A DNA stretch of 63,997 nt, the filler included, from Asterionella formosa (lineage: Eukaryota), in assembly GCA_002256025.1 (NCBI GenBank). It is 8 parts of 8 records of this genome, joined end to end, with 100 filler letters (N's around TTAATTAATTAA, not from the genome) between each part and the next. Parts side by side here need not be neighbours in the genome. Positions count along the whole stretch, not along the records: positions 1 to 8,002 come from NKIB01012343.1; positions 8,103 to 16,100 come from NKIB01012344.1; 6 more parts are not named here. The stretch is one strand, 5' to 3'. Made by a program: the position numbers and the translations under genes. Below are positions 1 to 11,272 of the stretch, in pieces (position 1 is the first letter of the stretch; each line of letters opens with the position of its first letter). A model generated the notes under the pieces. That model ran no database searches. It was given only the letters and a program-made list of their open reading frames with translations, and had not been told where the DNA came from.

Positions 1-1
1 A

Positions 2-310
2 AGGATAGGGACTCATGGTATGTGGTGCTGAATGGCGCAGAGGAGGCGCAGAACGATGGGAGGAGGATGCGATGAATTCTGGCGACGAAGAGAAGTAAAC
101 CGGGAAGTCGTGGGCCGAGGGAAGGGAATACCCAGTGGGGACCGATGAAGCGGAAGGGCGCCCGTGTGCAGCAGAGATAGCGGCGGGATATGGATGGGCG
201 GTACCCCCATGATGGTGCGGTGGCGCTGTAGGCCATGAGGGCGTGGTTTCACCAATAAATGTGGCAGGGAGAGGGGCAAGATTGGTGTCGGTCGGCGATG
301 GGGATCGCAT
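2..310 (-). mobile_element. Pro/Ser-rich ORF running off the window start; probable gag N-terminus of an LTR retrotransposon
   Basis: ATG at 310 gives the stop-free frame MRSPSPTDTNLAPLPATFIGETTPSW...TMSPYP to the window edge (absent from the ORF track because it has no stop). The coding strand is C-rich like the copia relic at 21.4-22.7 kb, and it lies just downstream of a TG...CA-bounded segment. Confidence 0.45.
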
Positions 311-407
311 TGCTCTCCCAGGGATCAAGAGGGATCAATAACCTGTGGAGGAGAGATGGGTGACGAGTTCGTGCAATCGGGTTGAGGACAACGTAATTAC
401 AAGTAAC

Positions 408-540
408 TGAGGGTTTAATTAGATTATCTATTTCTGTTGTGTATCGGATATACCGGGATCTGCGCACTTACGTGGATATTAGTAGAGTATACTGAAGTAA
501 CTGGTATGCAGTACTAACAGTTGGCCTGTCACCGATGACA
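408..540 (-). mobile_element. Putative short 5' LTR (TGTCATCGG...AATTAAACCCTCA)
   Basis: 133-bp minus-strand segment starting TG and ending CA, immediately upstream of the gag-like ORF. No second copy is in the window to confirm it. Confidence 0.4.
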
Positions 541-1186
541 ATCCTTCTTACTCCATGATACTACACTATGATACAAATTAATGATACAGTGTCAAGTTTG
601 GAAAAATGAATGAAATTCAGTTCAAATCGTGTTACTGTTGCTGATACATTTTCAAAAAATTTCAAATTCCATGATTCACGAAAAAAATGATAAGAACGGC
701 CCCAAGAAATTTTTAAATGTGAATCAAGTATGGCCGGTGTGGGTTTGCAAGACCTCGCAAACCGGGTCAATCAAATATATTGATAAGTAAATTGAATTTG
801 ACCAATCAAAATTTTTATAGTGAAGCATGCACTTTTACCAAAGTGTTTTTTGTATAGGCGATTGTAGGACGAAAAATTGAATCACAAGACTCTGATTCCG
901 ATATATGACGTTTCGGGATTCTTGAGACCGCTGAAAAGGCCGATATTGTTAAATATTTGTACCACCACAACAGCTCCACGTTGGCAGGGTTTGAGGAACA
1001 GTTAAGAATTACATATTAAGTGTGTGGAGGATGAGAATAAAAAAATTACCGGTAGTTCGTATCCTTTGGCCCATAATGAGGAGCGAAGCAGAAGATTTTT
1101 TCACGATAGATTTTTTATCCCTCCTCATTAGTCATAGTTTACCCTCCTCACTTCTGTCCTGTGTCGACACCGTTCACAGCAAATCC

Positions 1187-3418
1187 ATGTCAAGGAACAA
1201 TCAGAACAACAAGAATGGCGATGGCGGATTGAAGAAGGATGAACCCAATGACAAGCAATACCTTGACATTAGAGGTCCCGATGAGGAGAACCCCCCAACT
1301 TTGTCGACTCCCCAAGAAGGAACTCATGGTGGCGGAGAAGGATCTTCTTTCCTAGCAAGGAAGCGCCTTATAGCTGGGAGAAGCCCTACTGCATCAAAGC
1401 AAATGAACAAGACACTTGCTATGGGTTCTCATGGTGGAGAAGAGTCGCCGTTCCTCACAGAGAACCTTCATTCTCCTGACAGCATTTCCTCAGTCGTCTC
1501 ATCAACAACTCAGGAAATAATGGCACTTCCATCACAACAAATGAGTATTGGAGCTTTCGCAGTTGGAAGGGGTGATCCCGTTTTTCATGACCACACCACT
1601 GTCGCTCCTAATAACGAAAACCAGGGTGAACATGGCAATCAGGAAATTGCAACAATGCTCAATGCCATTCTAGTGGATGATTCTGCATTTGCAAATGCTT
1701 CTATTGTTGACTGTGAAGCAGAAGAAAAAGCAAAGCGTCGACTTCAAGTGCGAACAGCCTTGGTGTTATTTTTTGTGATTGGCATATTAGTTGCCATTAT
1801 TGCTATTCCGATTCAGATCACAAAACCAGAACCATCATTTTCTGTTCCAACATCACCAGGAGTAACTATTATTTCATCATTGGCTCCATCAGAATACCCG
1901 TCAGCAGCCCCTTCTTCAAGTTTGTTCAGTTTTTTGGCTGCACACTCGTTTGATAATGGAACAGCACTTTCAACTACTGGCTCCTCACAGCAGAGGGCAA
2001 TGACATTGGTGGAACAATCATCAGTATATAGCAGTACCACAGACTATTTTGTGTTGCAATTCTATGCCTTGGCAGTGCTCAATTATGCAACTGGTGATAC
2101 TCTTTATCCCAAATCACGGTTTCAAAATAATGAAACCGTTTCTCAATACAATTTTTGTAATTGGAACCCTAACATCATAATTTGCAACAGTGAGACAGAA
2201 ATTACAGATTTGAGCCCTTCTTTTCTTGAACTTGTTGGATCCCTTCATTCTGAAATAGGACTTTTGACAACTCTCACTCTACTTTCCTTGAATGTCAATT
2301 ATTTCACTGGTACACTTCCCTCAGAGATTGGACTCTTAACAAGTCTCAAACATCTCGATTTGTCCACCAACACATTCACTGGCTCACTTCCCTCAGAGAT
2401 TGGACTCTTGACAAGTCTCCAATATCTAGATTTTTCCTCCAATATGTTCAACAGCACAATTCCCACCGAGATTGGACTCTTGACAAGTCTCACTGATCTG
2501 TCCGTATTCCTCAGTACATTCCCTGGCTCACTTCCCTCAGAGATTGGACTCTTAACAAGTCTCAAACATCTCGATTTGTCCACCAACACATTCACTGGCT
2601 CACTTCCCTCAGAGATTGGACTCTTAACAAGCCTCCAACATCTAAATTTTTCCTCCAATATGTTCAACAGCACAATTCCCACCGAAATTGGAATCTTGAC
2701 AAGTGTTGAACTTCTAGATTTTAACCTGAATACTTTTACTGGCACACTTCCCACAGAGATTGGACTCTTGACAAGTCTCACTGATCTTTATTTGTATGAC
2801 AATACTTTCAATGGCACATTTCCCACAGAGATTGGACTCTTGACAAGTCTCACTCATCTAGATTTGATCTCCAATAATCTCTCTGGCACACTTCCCATGG
2901 AGATTGGATTGTTGACAAGTCTAAATGTTCTAGGTTTGAGTGAAAACATTTGGAATGGCACACTTCCCACAGAGATTGGACACTTGACAAGAATCACTGT
3001 TCTATATTTATCCTCCAGTACTTTCACTGGCACACTTCCAACAGAGATTGGACTCTTGACAAGTCTCAATTATCTATATTTGTACTCCAATACATTCACT
3101 GGCACACTACCCACAGAGATTGGACTCTTGACAAGGCTTGCTGATCTGTTCATGTTCCTCAATACATTCACTGGCTCACTTCCTTCAGAGATTGGACTCT
3201 TGACAAGTCTCACTGATCTTTCTTTGTTCTCCAATTCTTTCACTGGCACACTTCCCACAGAGATTGGACTCCTGACAAGTCTCTTTAATCTAGATTTGTC
3301 ATCCAATATATTCACAGGTACAGTGCCAGCAACAATATGGCCTGGACTTAATGCAACTCTCTTTGCACTAAGATTGAGCAACAATGTATTCAATGGATCA
3401 GTCCCTCAAGATTTCTAA
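1187..3418 (+). CDS. Type II transmembrane leucine-rich-repeat receptor-like protein (plant-specific 24-aa LRRs), intronless, 743 aa
   Basis: Likely start is ATG 1187 (MSRNNQNN; its 5' context resembles the paralog starting at 6321). Disordered N-tail with GAFAV motif, one TM helix (TALVLFFVIGILVAIIAIPI), Ser/Pro stalk, LRR N-cap (QFYALAVLNY...CNW...C), then about 17 repeats of LxxLxxLxLxxNxFTGTLPTEIG. No kinase domain. Confidence 0.9.
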   Translation: MSRNNQNNKNGDGGLKKDEPNDKQYLDIRGPDEENPPTLSTPQEGTHGGGEGSSFLARKRLIAGRSPTASKQMNKTLAMGSHGGEESPFLTENLHSPDSISSVVSSTTQEIMALPSQQMSIGAFAVGRGDPVFHDHTTVAPNNENQGEHGNQEIATMLNAILVDDSAFANASIVDCEAEEKAKRRLQVRTALVLFFVIGILVAIIAIPIQITKPEPSFSVPTSPGVTIISSLAPSEYPSAAPSSSLFSFLAAHSFDNGTALSTTGSSQQRAMTLVEQSSVYSSTTDYFVLQFYALAVLNYATGDTLYPKSRFQNNETVSQYNFCNWNPNIIICNSETEITDLSPSFLELVGSLHSEIGLLTTLTLLSLNVNYFTGTLPSEIGLLTSLKHLDLSTNTFTGSLPSEIGLLTSLQYLDFSSNMFNSTIPTEIGLLTSLTDLSVFLSTFPGSLPSEIGLLTSLKHLDLSTNTFTGSLPSEIGLLTSLQHLNFSSNMFNSTIPTEIGILTSVELLDFNLNTFTGTLPTEIGLLTSLTDLYLYDNTFNGTFPTEIGLLTSLTHLDLISNNLSGTLPMEIGLLTSLNVLGLSENIWNGTLPTEIGHLTRITVLYLSSSTFTGTLPTEIGLLTSLNYLYLYSNTFTGTLPTEIGLLTRLADLFMFLNTFTGSLPSEIGLLTSLTDLSLFSNSFTGTLPTEIGLLTSLFNLDLSSNIFTGTVPATIWPGLNATLFALRLSNNVFNGSVPQDF

Positions 3419-3490
3419 TCACTTATGACATTATAGTGGCCCATATGTGTTATGGACAGAATATGGTTAGGGAAAAGGGAAGACGCATAG

Positions 3491-4413
3491 ACCAGGAGGT
3501 ACGGAAAACTCCGTACTTCCTTGCTATGTGGAAAATTCCTTTTGTGTATTGTGCACAGACCTTTTTTTCAAATATCTTGCAAAATTCTAGTTGTGTGTTC
3601 TTCTGCGAAGTTCGCGTTCTATTATGAAGTTCACGTACTTCTTGAAAAGTACGTGTGACTACCATTTCGTCAAATCGAGTTTGAGCTCTGATCAGGCATT
3701 AAACATCCACAGGCAATAACATTGCTCATCACACAGTATACTGGTGTCAGGTACCGATACCTGGTATGGAGTACTGGTATTCTGTTTCTAATCATTCAAC
3801 CCTCTACCTGTAGTTACCCTGGTACCAGGCACCAATTGTACCAGATACCATTAGGGTACATATTGGCACCTTGATGTAACTTCACGTGCCAGTATGTGGA
3901 TGATAATATACTGGTAGTTTCAGAACTGAATGTATCCCCTACTACCTGGTATGTACTGAGTTCTGAGTACGCTCAATTTTGTTTAGATAGAAAACCATAG
4001 ATCCTATATAGCATGGAAATAAGTTCAAGGAATAAAAAAACCGGTAATACACATTACTGGTACAAATTATTTTTGATATTCGTTGTCACACCATGCTCAA
4101 TGCATCGTTCTTGGTTTCAAAAAAGCAGTCATTATCCATTTGACCAGTGGATGATAATGACAAATATGTAACACACTGATGGAGATCAAACAAAAAGACT
4201 GCAAAAGAACGCGAAGTTCACAAAAGTTTGCAAAAGACCGCAAAAGAACAGAAAACCCAGATATACGACGTTTTTCTGCAGTCTTTTGCAAACTTTGCAA
4301 ACTTCGCGTTCTTTTGCAGTCCTTTGGGAAAACGTGATGCGAGGTCGATTTTAGATAAAACACTGATTTTTATGTGACTTTTTGTACTTCGGAGTTTCCG
4401 TCAACTCCCAGGT
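3491..4413. mobile_element. Degenerate non-autonomous DNA transposon (MITE-like) with imperfect TIRs and an internal palindrome
   Basis: Left end ACCAGGAGGTACGGAAAACTCCGTAC resembles the reverse complement of the right end GTACTTCGGAGTTTCCGTCAACTCCCAGGT. A T(T)CGCGTTCT subrepeat occurs at both sides. A related end ACCTGGGAGTTCCGGGAAAGTCCG is at ~41168. Confidence 0.45.
4191..4326. repeat. Long imperfect inverted repeat (about 57-bp arms, about 20-nt loop)
   Basis: Arm 4191-4249 (CAAAAAGACTGCAAAAGAACGCGAAGTT...) is the near reverse complement of arm 4270-4326 (...AACTTCGCGTTCTTTTGCAGTCCTTTG). Confidence 0.85.
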
Positions 4414-5805
4414 GGAGTACCACCAGCATTTTTCCAATAAATGTACATGTTGTACTGATACCTGTGTACCAGTACACTGGATATGGATAAATAATTTCTC
4501 AAAATGTCCTCATCAGTCATGCAAAGTTTTCATACAAGATGATCCATTCTGTATTCTGCACAAGTTTATATTTCGCTATTAAATATTTACAATGATATTT
4601 ATTGACAGCTGTAGACTATACATGTGACTAACAATATTTTTTAATCATATACACAAAAGCCCTTTCAACACCATATTTTATTGCTCATATAGTGCAAATA
4701 TCAGGAAGGGCATATGTACAAACATATATTATGATGGACAAAAGTTCCGACATCAGGGAGATGATTTCATGTAGAACTTACTCAATGACATCAGGTTGTA
4801 GAGAAATTATTTCGATTACTAACTATGATGGACAAGAGTCAAGAATTACAAACACGAGCGACATCATGTTAAAGTATTACCTTTTGTATAGATCTATATT
4901 GTTAGACAAAGAAGACTATAGATAGAGACGTTCGTTTCTCTTTCTGTTTCTATATTCTTATTGTGAGTTTACTAATCTAGTTTAGGTTGTTCTGTTTGAA
5001 CAAAACAAACGAACTATTCTCCAAATGCTGTTTGCATTTCTAGGAACATACAATCATAGATAGACCCATGTCTATCTCACACTTACTGATCATAGGTTTT
5101 TAACCATGATCATTCATTTCAAACTATCGGTCTTCCGAAATAGCTTATATTGTCCGGCTCATTATAGTCGGAGTAACAAGGTATAATGTGTGGTTGATGA
5201 GAGCTTGGTACATCAAAGTTGACTCATTCGAATCGGTTGACTCGTTTGACTCCGAGTCCTAACTACGTAGATGAGCTCACTTTAACAACATCATACAACA
5301 TGCACGCAAGTGAATGTTATTTTTACATATGCCTACAGGTATACCGGTATAAAAGCCCTTTCATCACTCCCTCTATCGGTAGTCCAATCGTATACATACC
5401 ATCATCATCATGTATCATATGTAGCTATATGCACTACATATTGGTACCGATTTATGTGGGTGGACAAGGTACCAGGTACAAGGTACAGGTTCATGAGGAT
5501 CGACAAAATTTCCGGCATCATCTATTATCATGCATGAGGAAAGATTTGCGTAGAATTCTACGACAAGTGGTAGAAACCCTATTTTGGCAGCACGAGAAAA
5601 GGAGTTTTAACACCAAAAACACTTTTCACTCGAACAAGAAAAAGTCAACACAATAGACAACTTCCATTCCCTCCACTACATGATACCAAATCGAAAATGA
5701 TAAGAACGACCCTTTTGGAGAAAGTTATAGTGATCACGTTTTTACTATTTACATAGCAAAATACTATGGCCCATATTTCGATTCATGACGTAAGTTTGCA
5801 ATTTA

Positions 5806-6321
5806 TTAGGCTTTTTCAGCTGCTTCATGATCAAAAATGGAGGCACTTGGAATCTCAGAATCGTCCACAAGAACAGCTTTGAATAGTGATTCAGGTTCCA
5901 CCTGCTCAAGTTCATCCTGAACGTTGTTACCGGTAGTGTTAGTGGGAGCAGTGTCGACATGCAAGAAGGAGTCATCCTGTGGAATGTCTCCTGGTCCTCT
6001 GACTGCAAAAGCGCCAGGAACGTGTTGTTGTGATGGTGCTGCCACAACATCTCGAGGCAGAGCTGCTGCTGTTGATGATAAGACTGCTGGAACAACAATA
6101 TTAGATGAATCGTTGCCATCTTGAGGAGGCACGACAACTGCGGCTTTCTTCTGTTGGTCTTCCACTTTCACCAACGACATATCTTGAGGGAGCATTGCTC
6201 CTGCCAAATCCTCCGATGCAGTTGCTTCCATCTCTTCCTCCTTTGCTTCTTCTGCAAACCGATGAGCATTGAGGCTAGCACCATGATCATTCTTCTTGTT
6301 ATTGTTGTTGCTTGATGACAT
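5806..6321 (-). pseudogene. Truncated paralog of the TM-LRR family retaining only the cytosolic N-tail
   Basis: MSSSNNNNKKND...FAEEAKEEE...PGAFAVRGPG...FKAVLVDDSEIPSASIFDHEAAEKA aligns with the N-tail of 1187-3418 and stops (TAA TAA) just before the position of the TM helix. Confidence 0.75.
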
Positions 6322-8002
6322 GCTGGTCTTGTTGTGAACGATATCAAAAAGACGACGAGCGACGAGAAAACAAAAAAAGGTTTCCACAGTAAATTCTGGT
6401 CCCAAGGTAAAACGTCGCTCTCGAATGTGTGGAAAGAATCCCATTCGTAACACCGCTCTTCCAAAAGGTCAAGGCGGCATTCGAGCTCACCACTGTGCCC
6501 AAGAGGATGAGCTTTAGGCTCACTGGTGCTTTGATTGATAGCTAGAAGCCTCTCTTCTGGCTCGTTATCGAAGAAAGTACACAAGTGAGGAAATGCATGG
6601 TGAGTGTAGTTGTCCTGTCCTGTCCTGACGTTATTTTTCTTGTAAGCAAAGGAGCGGATAGAATAATACTCTGCAATCAGCTGAGCCGAATTTGACATCA
6701 TGGTTGATTTCAAGCAATCATGAGGGAGCAAGCAAAATATTCAGAAATTAGGTCAACGATGTTTCTTGTTAGAAAGGGTGCTGGGACAAGGATTTCCTCG
6801 TCTGCATCATGGTGGAAGAGAGGGTCGTAAATTTGAGGAGAATTGTCAAAAGCAGTCGTCTTGGCTGGGCAGCTGAAATCCAACAATCAACCGAAATTCC
6901 CATTTTCTAGAGGGACAAGCACAAACTCTTGTCAATGAAGATGTGTAGTACTAGATAAACTAGCTAGCTAGTTTCTATATATATAGTTTTTTAACTATTC
7001 TCCTGCTATGTAGCAGGACAGCAGCTGTTTCTAGACTAGCAAAAAAATTGTACTAATTAGCTAGCTACAAACATATTGAGACCAGGCAAGCAAGGTTTTC
7101 CGTACATGATGAATTTCGAAGAACTGAAAAGGAAGCAAGTCTTACTCTCTGACTTTGTCTTTACAGTACCTGGTAGACTAATACCATTTTGTAAGGGCCG
7201 GTAGGGTGAATGGGAAAACAAATCTCAATCATTTCCTGCATTTCCTACATTTTGCTTATTGCCCTTCTTACAATTATTACGGTACATACATATCAGTTCT
7301 TGTTTTCCAATAAATGTACCTCCTGTGCATTAAAAATGATACTGGTGTATTCAGGACACTGTAAAGATGTTGACATACATGTCGCTCGTAATTTCTCAAA
7401 ATGTCTTTATGATCTCATTCATCATGAAACAACGTAACAGATGCATGCATGATCGCGGCGGAATGATGGTGTGAGGCAGAAACATGCTACCCATGTGTTA
7501 ATGTATCGTGATACATCATTATGTAACCCTTCCTGCCTATCACAGATGTAAAAATGATACCATTATGCATTTATGTGAAGATATTAGCAATCATACTGGC
7601 TGAACCCCCAATATGGAGCGACTTTTAATGTCCATGTGGAGTTATTCTTTTATTATTATATCCGTGGAGATATCCGGTACTCCCAGATATCTGGTACATT
7701 GAACTACTGGCAAACCTAAGATGTATACTTTCACCTTACCGTAAAACCTGGTGTCTCGTACCCCTCAATGTACACAGCCACGACTGATTTTACTTAGAGG
7801 GGAGTACAAGACATTGGAACTTTTTTGATTGTCAAACTTTTATGAAAAAACCAACTTCACCACCGTTTTCTCCATAGTCTAAAACATAAATAGCAACATT
7901 AAAAGATATATTGTTTTAGGTTCAATCGGCTTCTAGGATCAATTGAATTTCTATTTTTGGAGCACTGGCGCGCCCGAATTTCGTCATGACTTCAACAGAA
8001 AT

Positions 8003-8102
8003 NNNNNNNNNNNNNNNNNNNNNNNNNNNNNNNNNNNNNNNNNNNNTTAATTAATTAANNNNNNNNNNNNNNNNNNNNNNNNNNNNNNNNNNNNNNNNNN
8101 NN
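8003..8102. other. Artificial 100-bp contig linker N44-TTAATTAATTAA-N44 (also at 16101, 24194, 32283, 40370, 48445, 56512)
   Basis: Identical linker with stop codons in all frames; flanking contig lengths decrease monotonically. Confidence 0.97.
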
Positions 8103-9475
8103 GGAAGCAGACGAGGATTCATGATACCTTTAGGATGATTGATGTGTATATGTATATGCATGATACCGACATCTTTTTTGGTAAGAGCAAGCCATTTCGG
8201 GTATGAGCAAGCAAGTCTTGAAATATTCCGGGAAATTCTTTATAGTCATTCATGTCTGAACATCTTTTTATATAATGCACTGTTATTTATAACTGTAAAA
8301 AATTTGTGTTTGTGTTGACCAAATTTGGTAATCCTGGTAAGCACCCCCTAGAGGACCAAATCAATTATTGGTAGGTGTGTGTATGTCTAATATACATAAA
8401 CCCAAAATGAAGTGAAAACAATCTAGTAGTAGTATGAAATCATGCATCAGTGTAATAATAGCCTAAATACATACTAGCTGTGTATGACCACCAGCATGAT
8501 GATCAGCAGATATCAATTGATTGGCAATCTAATCTGTGGCATTGCTCTATCTGGAATATATACCTCATACATTTTGTCAATTTGCAATGTGGCAGTGAAA
8601 AGAACACAGCTCAAAGTAGGGCAGTCATCATATCCCACACACAACGCTATGCCAACCAACAAAACTCCACCATTCTTACTATATCCTGCTCAACCCTTCT
8701 TGTAAAATTTTCAGCAACCTTACAAACCTAATTCCAACTTTTTGCATTCCTACCACAGAACAAATAGTTTTTGGTGTAACAGAAAGACTACAATACTGAC
8801 AGAATTGCTTCCTCCCTCCTACCTCTTTGACACATTTCCTGCATCATTTCTGTTGGTTCATCAACTTGTTAATTGTTGAAAACTTCTTCAAACACCACAT
8901 TTGAGGCATTTCTGGACTCTCAATCATCATTCTGCAAACTTGTCACTCCTGCTACCACCAATAACTAGTAATCAGGGGGAGTCAAAACTCCTTCAAGACA
9001 AGAGTCGACTGGCTGATGTCATCCACCTTAGTTTCAAAACTAGGCTTGTTTCTTCACATGAAGATCATACATATTGCTAGACAAGATCTGGATCCTGATC
9101 ATGTCTTTATTAGAAAAGAACTTGTCAACAACCATTGATTGGGCACCGAATGGTCATATCACCATGATGCATATAGACATGATCCTCAAAGCATTGTCTG
9201 CATGTGAAATGATCTTTGCACATGGAAACAGAAGTAGAACCTTTTGCCACACCCAAGATATAGTACAGCACTTTCATTCACATTCATCATTCCATTTATC
9301 CCACTGTATGCTTGTTTGGGATGTGTTAGACTAACTAGCTCACAATAATTATAAAGGTACAATCTGATCAACTTCACTTGTTCACAATAGTTATCTTTTA
9401 TAATTGTTGCATTGCCTATATCAGCTTTGCATTGCAATTCCCACAAAGTGGAGTCTTGGCACACAAGACACATTG

Positions 9476-11271
9476 TTATGTTCTATCATTCAGGTCATGA
9501 TTTTCAAAGGCAATTCTCATTTGTGACGATTCAGATCCCCCATTATGATTAATCTTTGGCCTCTTCGAGCGATTTATCATTTGTGGCGATTCACATCCCC
9601 CATTATGATCTGTTGGCCTTACAAGTTGACCCAATTTTTTGACCAATTTAATAGTTGTTGGTCTCTTTGTGCGATTGTTCTGAATGCAATGAATGGCTAA
9701 TGTACAAACCGAGGCCAGAATTCCATCTTCCCATTCCTTTGCTAGAGGATCAGCATCCTTTACCAATTTTGGAATTGCCTCCTTTACTACCTCTGCTGGA
9801 GCTTTTTCATCATCATCACTTGGTAAGTAGTGTTCAGAGAACTGTCCCAACTTTGTCACATCATTTTGGAGGCAGCCTGTCACAAGCTCAATCATGACAA
9901 TGCCAAATGAGTAAACATCACCTGATGCTTCAAATTCTTTACCCGTAGAATGAAATGGACATGTGTAGCCAGGTGTCCCATATGTTCCATCACCTGCTGT
10001 GTAACAAAATGAAGGAATTGGGTTGGTTTTTACTGAGCTACCCTTAGGCACAAACTTGGCTAAGCCACAATCAATAAGCTTGGCAGTATAGTTCTGATCA
10101 AGGCAGATATTAGCTGACTTGATGTCACGATGAAACAGAGTGTGGCCATCCTGTTTTATAGTATGAAGGAAGTCGATGGCAGAAATAATTTCGTTCATGA
10201 TTCGAAGTCGGATCTTACTTGTAAGACTTGATCTTTTTTGTTCACTCTTATAGAATCTATCAAGTGACCCCTTGGATAATAGCTCATACACCAGGTATTG
10301 ATCAGATACCACGTGTTGATCAGATGAAACAGGGGACAAATGATAGCCATACAAAGTTACAATATGAGGGTGTCGGAACCGCTTTAATACCTGAAACAGT
10401 ATGATGGAAGAATCAGAAACATAATAGACTTGAAACAACCTGCAATAGATGATACTACAGATGATCTTACCTCCAATTCTTTTTTAAAACTCTTACTAAT
10501 TCCTTTTTTCTGATCTTCCAAAAAACCTAAATTGAAACGAAGACATTTCACAGCAAAATACCGGTTATCATCCACACCTTCATAGACAGCACCAAAAGAA
10601 CCATGACCAAGTTTTTTCTCTTCAGCAAAATGGTTTGTACAATAAGTAATGAATTCCTTAGGAAGCTCGATTGGTCTTGAATCCACATTGTCCATAGCCA
10701 ACTTCATTTTCGATCGACCTTCAGAAATGAAATCAGTTGTGTTGGCTGCTGTTTGGTTGCGGTTCTTGTTTGCATCAACCCGTATTTGAATTTCATATAG
10801 TAAACCTTTACCAATATCATTATCTTCGAGTTCAAGTTCAGTCAAGACAGTATTGACCTTGAGAGCCTCTGCAATGGCCTTGGCTCCGTCATCACCAATT
10901 GAATTACGATAGAGATAAAGTGTAGTCAAGACACTATTGACCTTGAGAGCTTCTGCAAAGGCCTTGGCTCCGTCATTACCAATTGAATTATTAGAGAGAT
11001 TAAGTGAAGTCAAGACAGTATTGTCCTTGAGAGCTTCTGCAATGGCCTTGGCTCCGTCAACACCAATTGAATTAATAAGGAGATCAAGTGTAGTCAAGAC
11101 AGTATTGACCTTGAGAGCCTCTGCAATGGCCCTGGCTCCGTCAGCACCAATTGAATTATATGGGAGATCAAGTGTAGTCAAGACAGTATTGTCCTTGAGA
11201 GCCTCTGCAATGGCCTTGGCTCCGTCATCACCAATTGAATTATTATAGAGATCAAGTGTAGTCAAGACAGT
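9476..11271 (-). CDS. RI-type (NLRC3-like, 28-aa) LRR fused to a Pelle/IRAK-like protein kinase; 5'-truncated; exons 11271-10471 and 10390-9476
   Basis: About 5.5 repeats of TTLDLxxNSIGDDGAKAIAEALKVNTVL, then T..FAEEKKLGHGSFGAVY, FAVK, FKKELE. An 80-nt GTAAG...TTTCAG intron (10470-10391) joins in frame to VLKRFRHPHIV, LVYE, HRDIKSANI, DCG, GTPGY, DVYSFG, C..RP. No ATG or splice acceptor upstream; the repeat breaks into a pogo relic. Confidence 0.85.
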
Positions 11272-11272
11272 A

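Noticed and set aside
2240..3330. CRISPR-like repeat/spacer periodicity (about 35-nt conserved plus about 37-nt variable)
   Set aside because: The period is exactly 72 nt, in frame within an LRR ORF, the variable parts are homologous to each other, and there are no cas genes in this eukaryotic context.
2299..3393. Antisense ORFs over the LRR genes (also 10937-11248 and 58089-58637)
   Set aside because: Shadow frames produced by the repetitive sense-strand codons.
8047..8058. TTAATTAATTAA palindrome as a biological site
   Set aside because: It is always embedded in N runs; it is an assembly linker.
10820..11271. DGR-like adenine-specific mutagenesis in the kinase LRR cassettes
   Set aside because: Several changes are at G, T or C, neighbouring adenines are invariant, and no template repeat or DGR-type RT is present.
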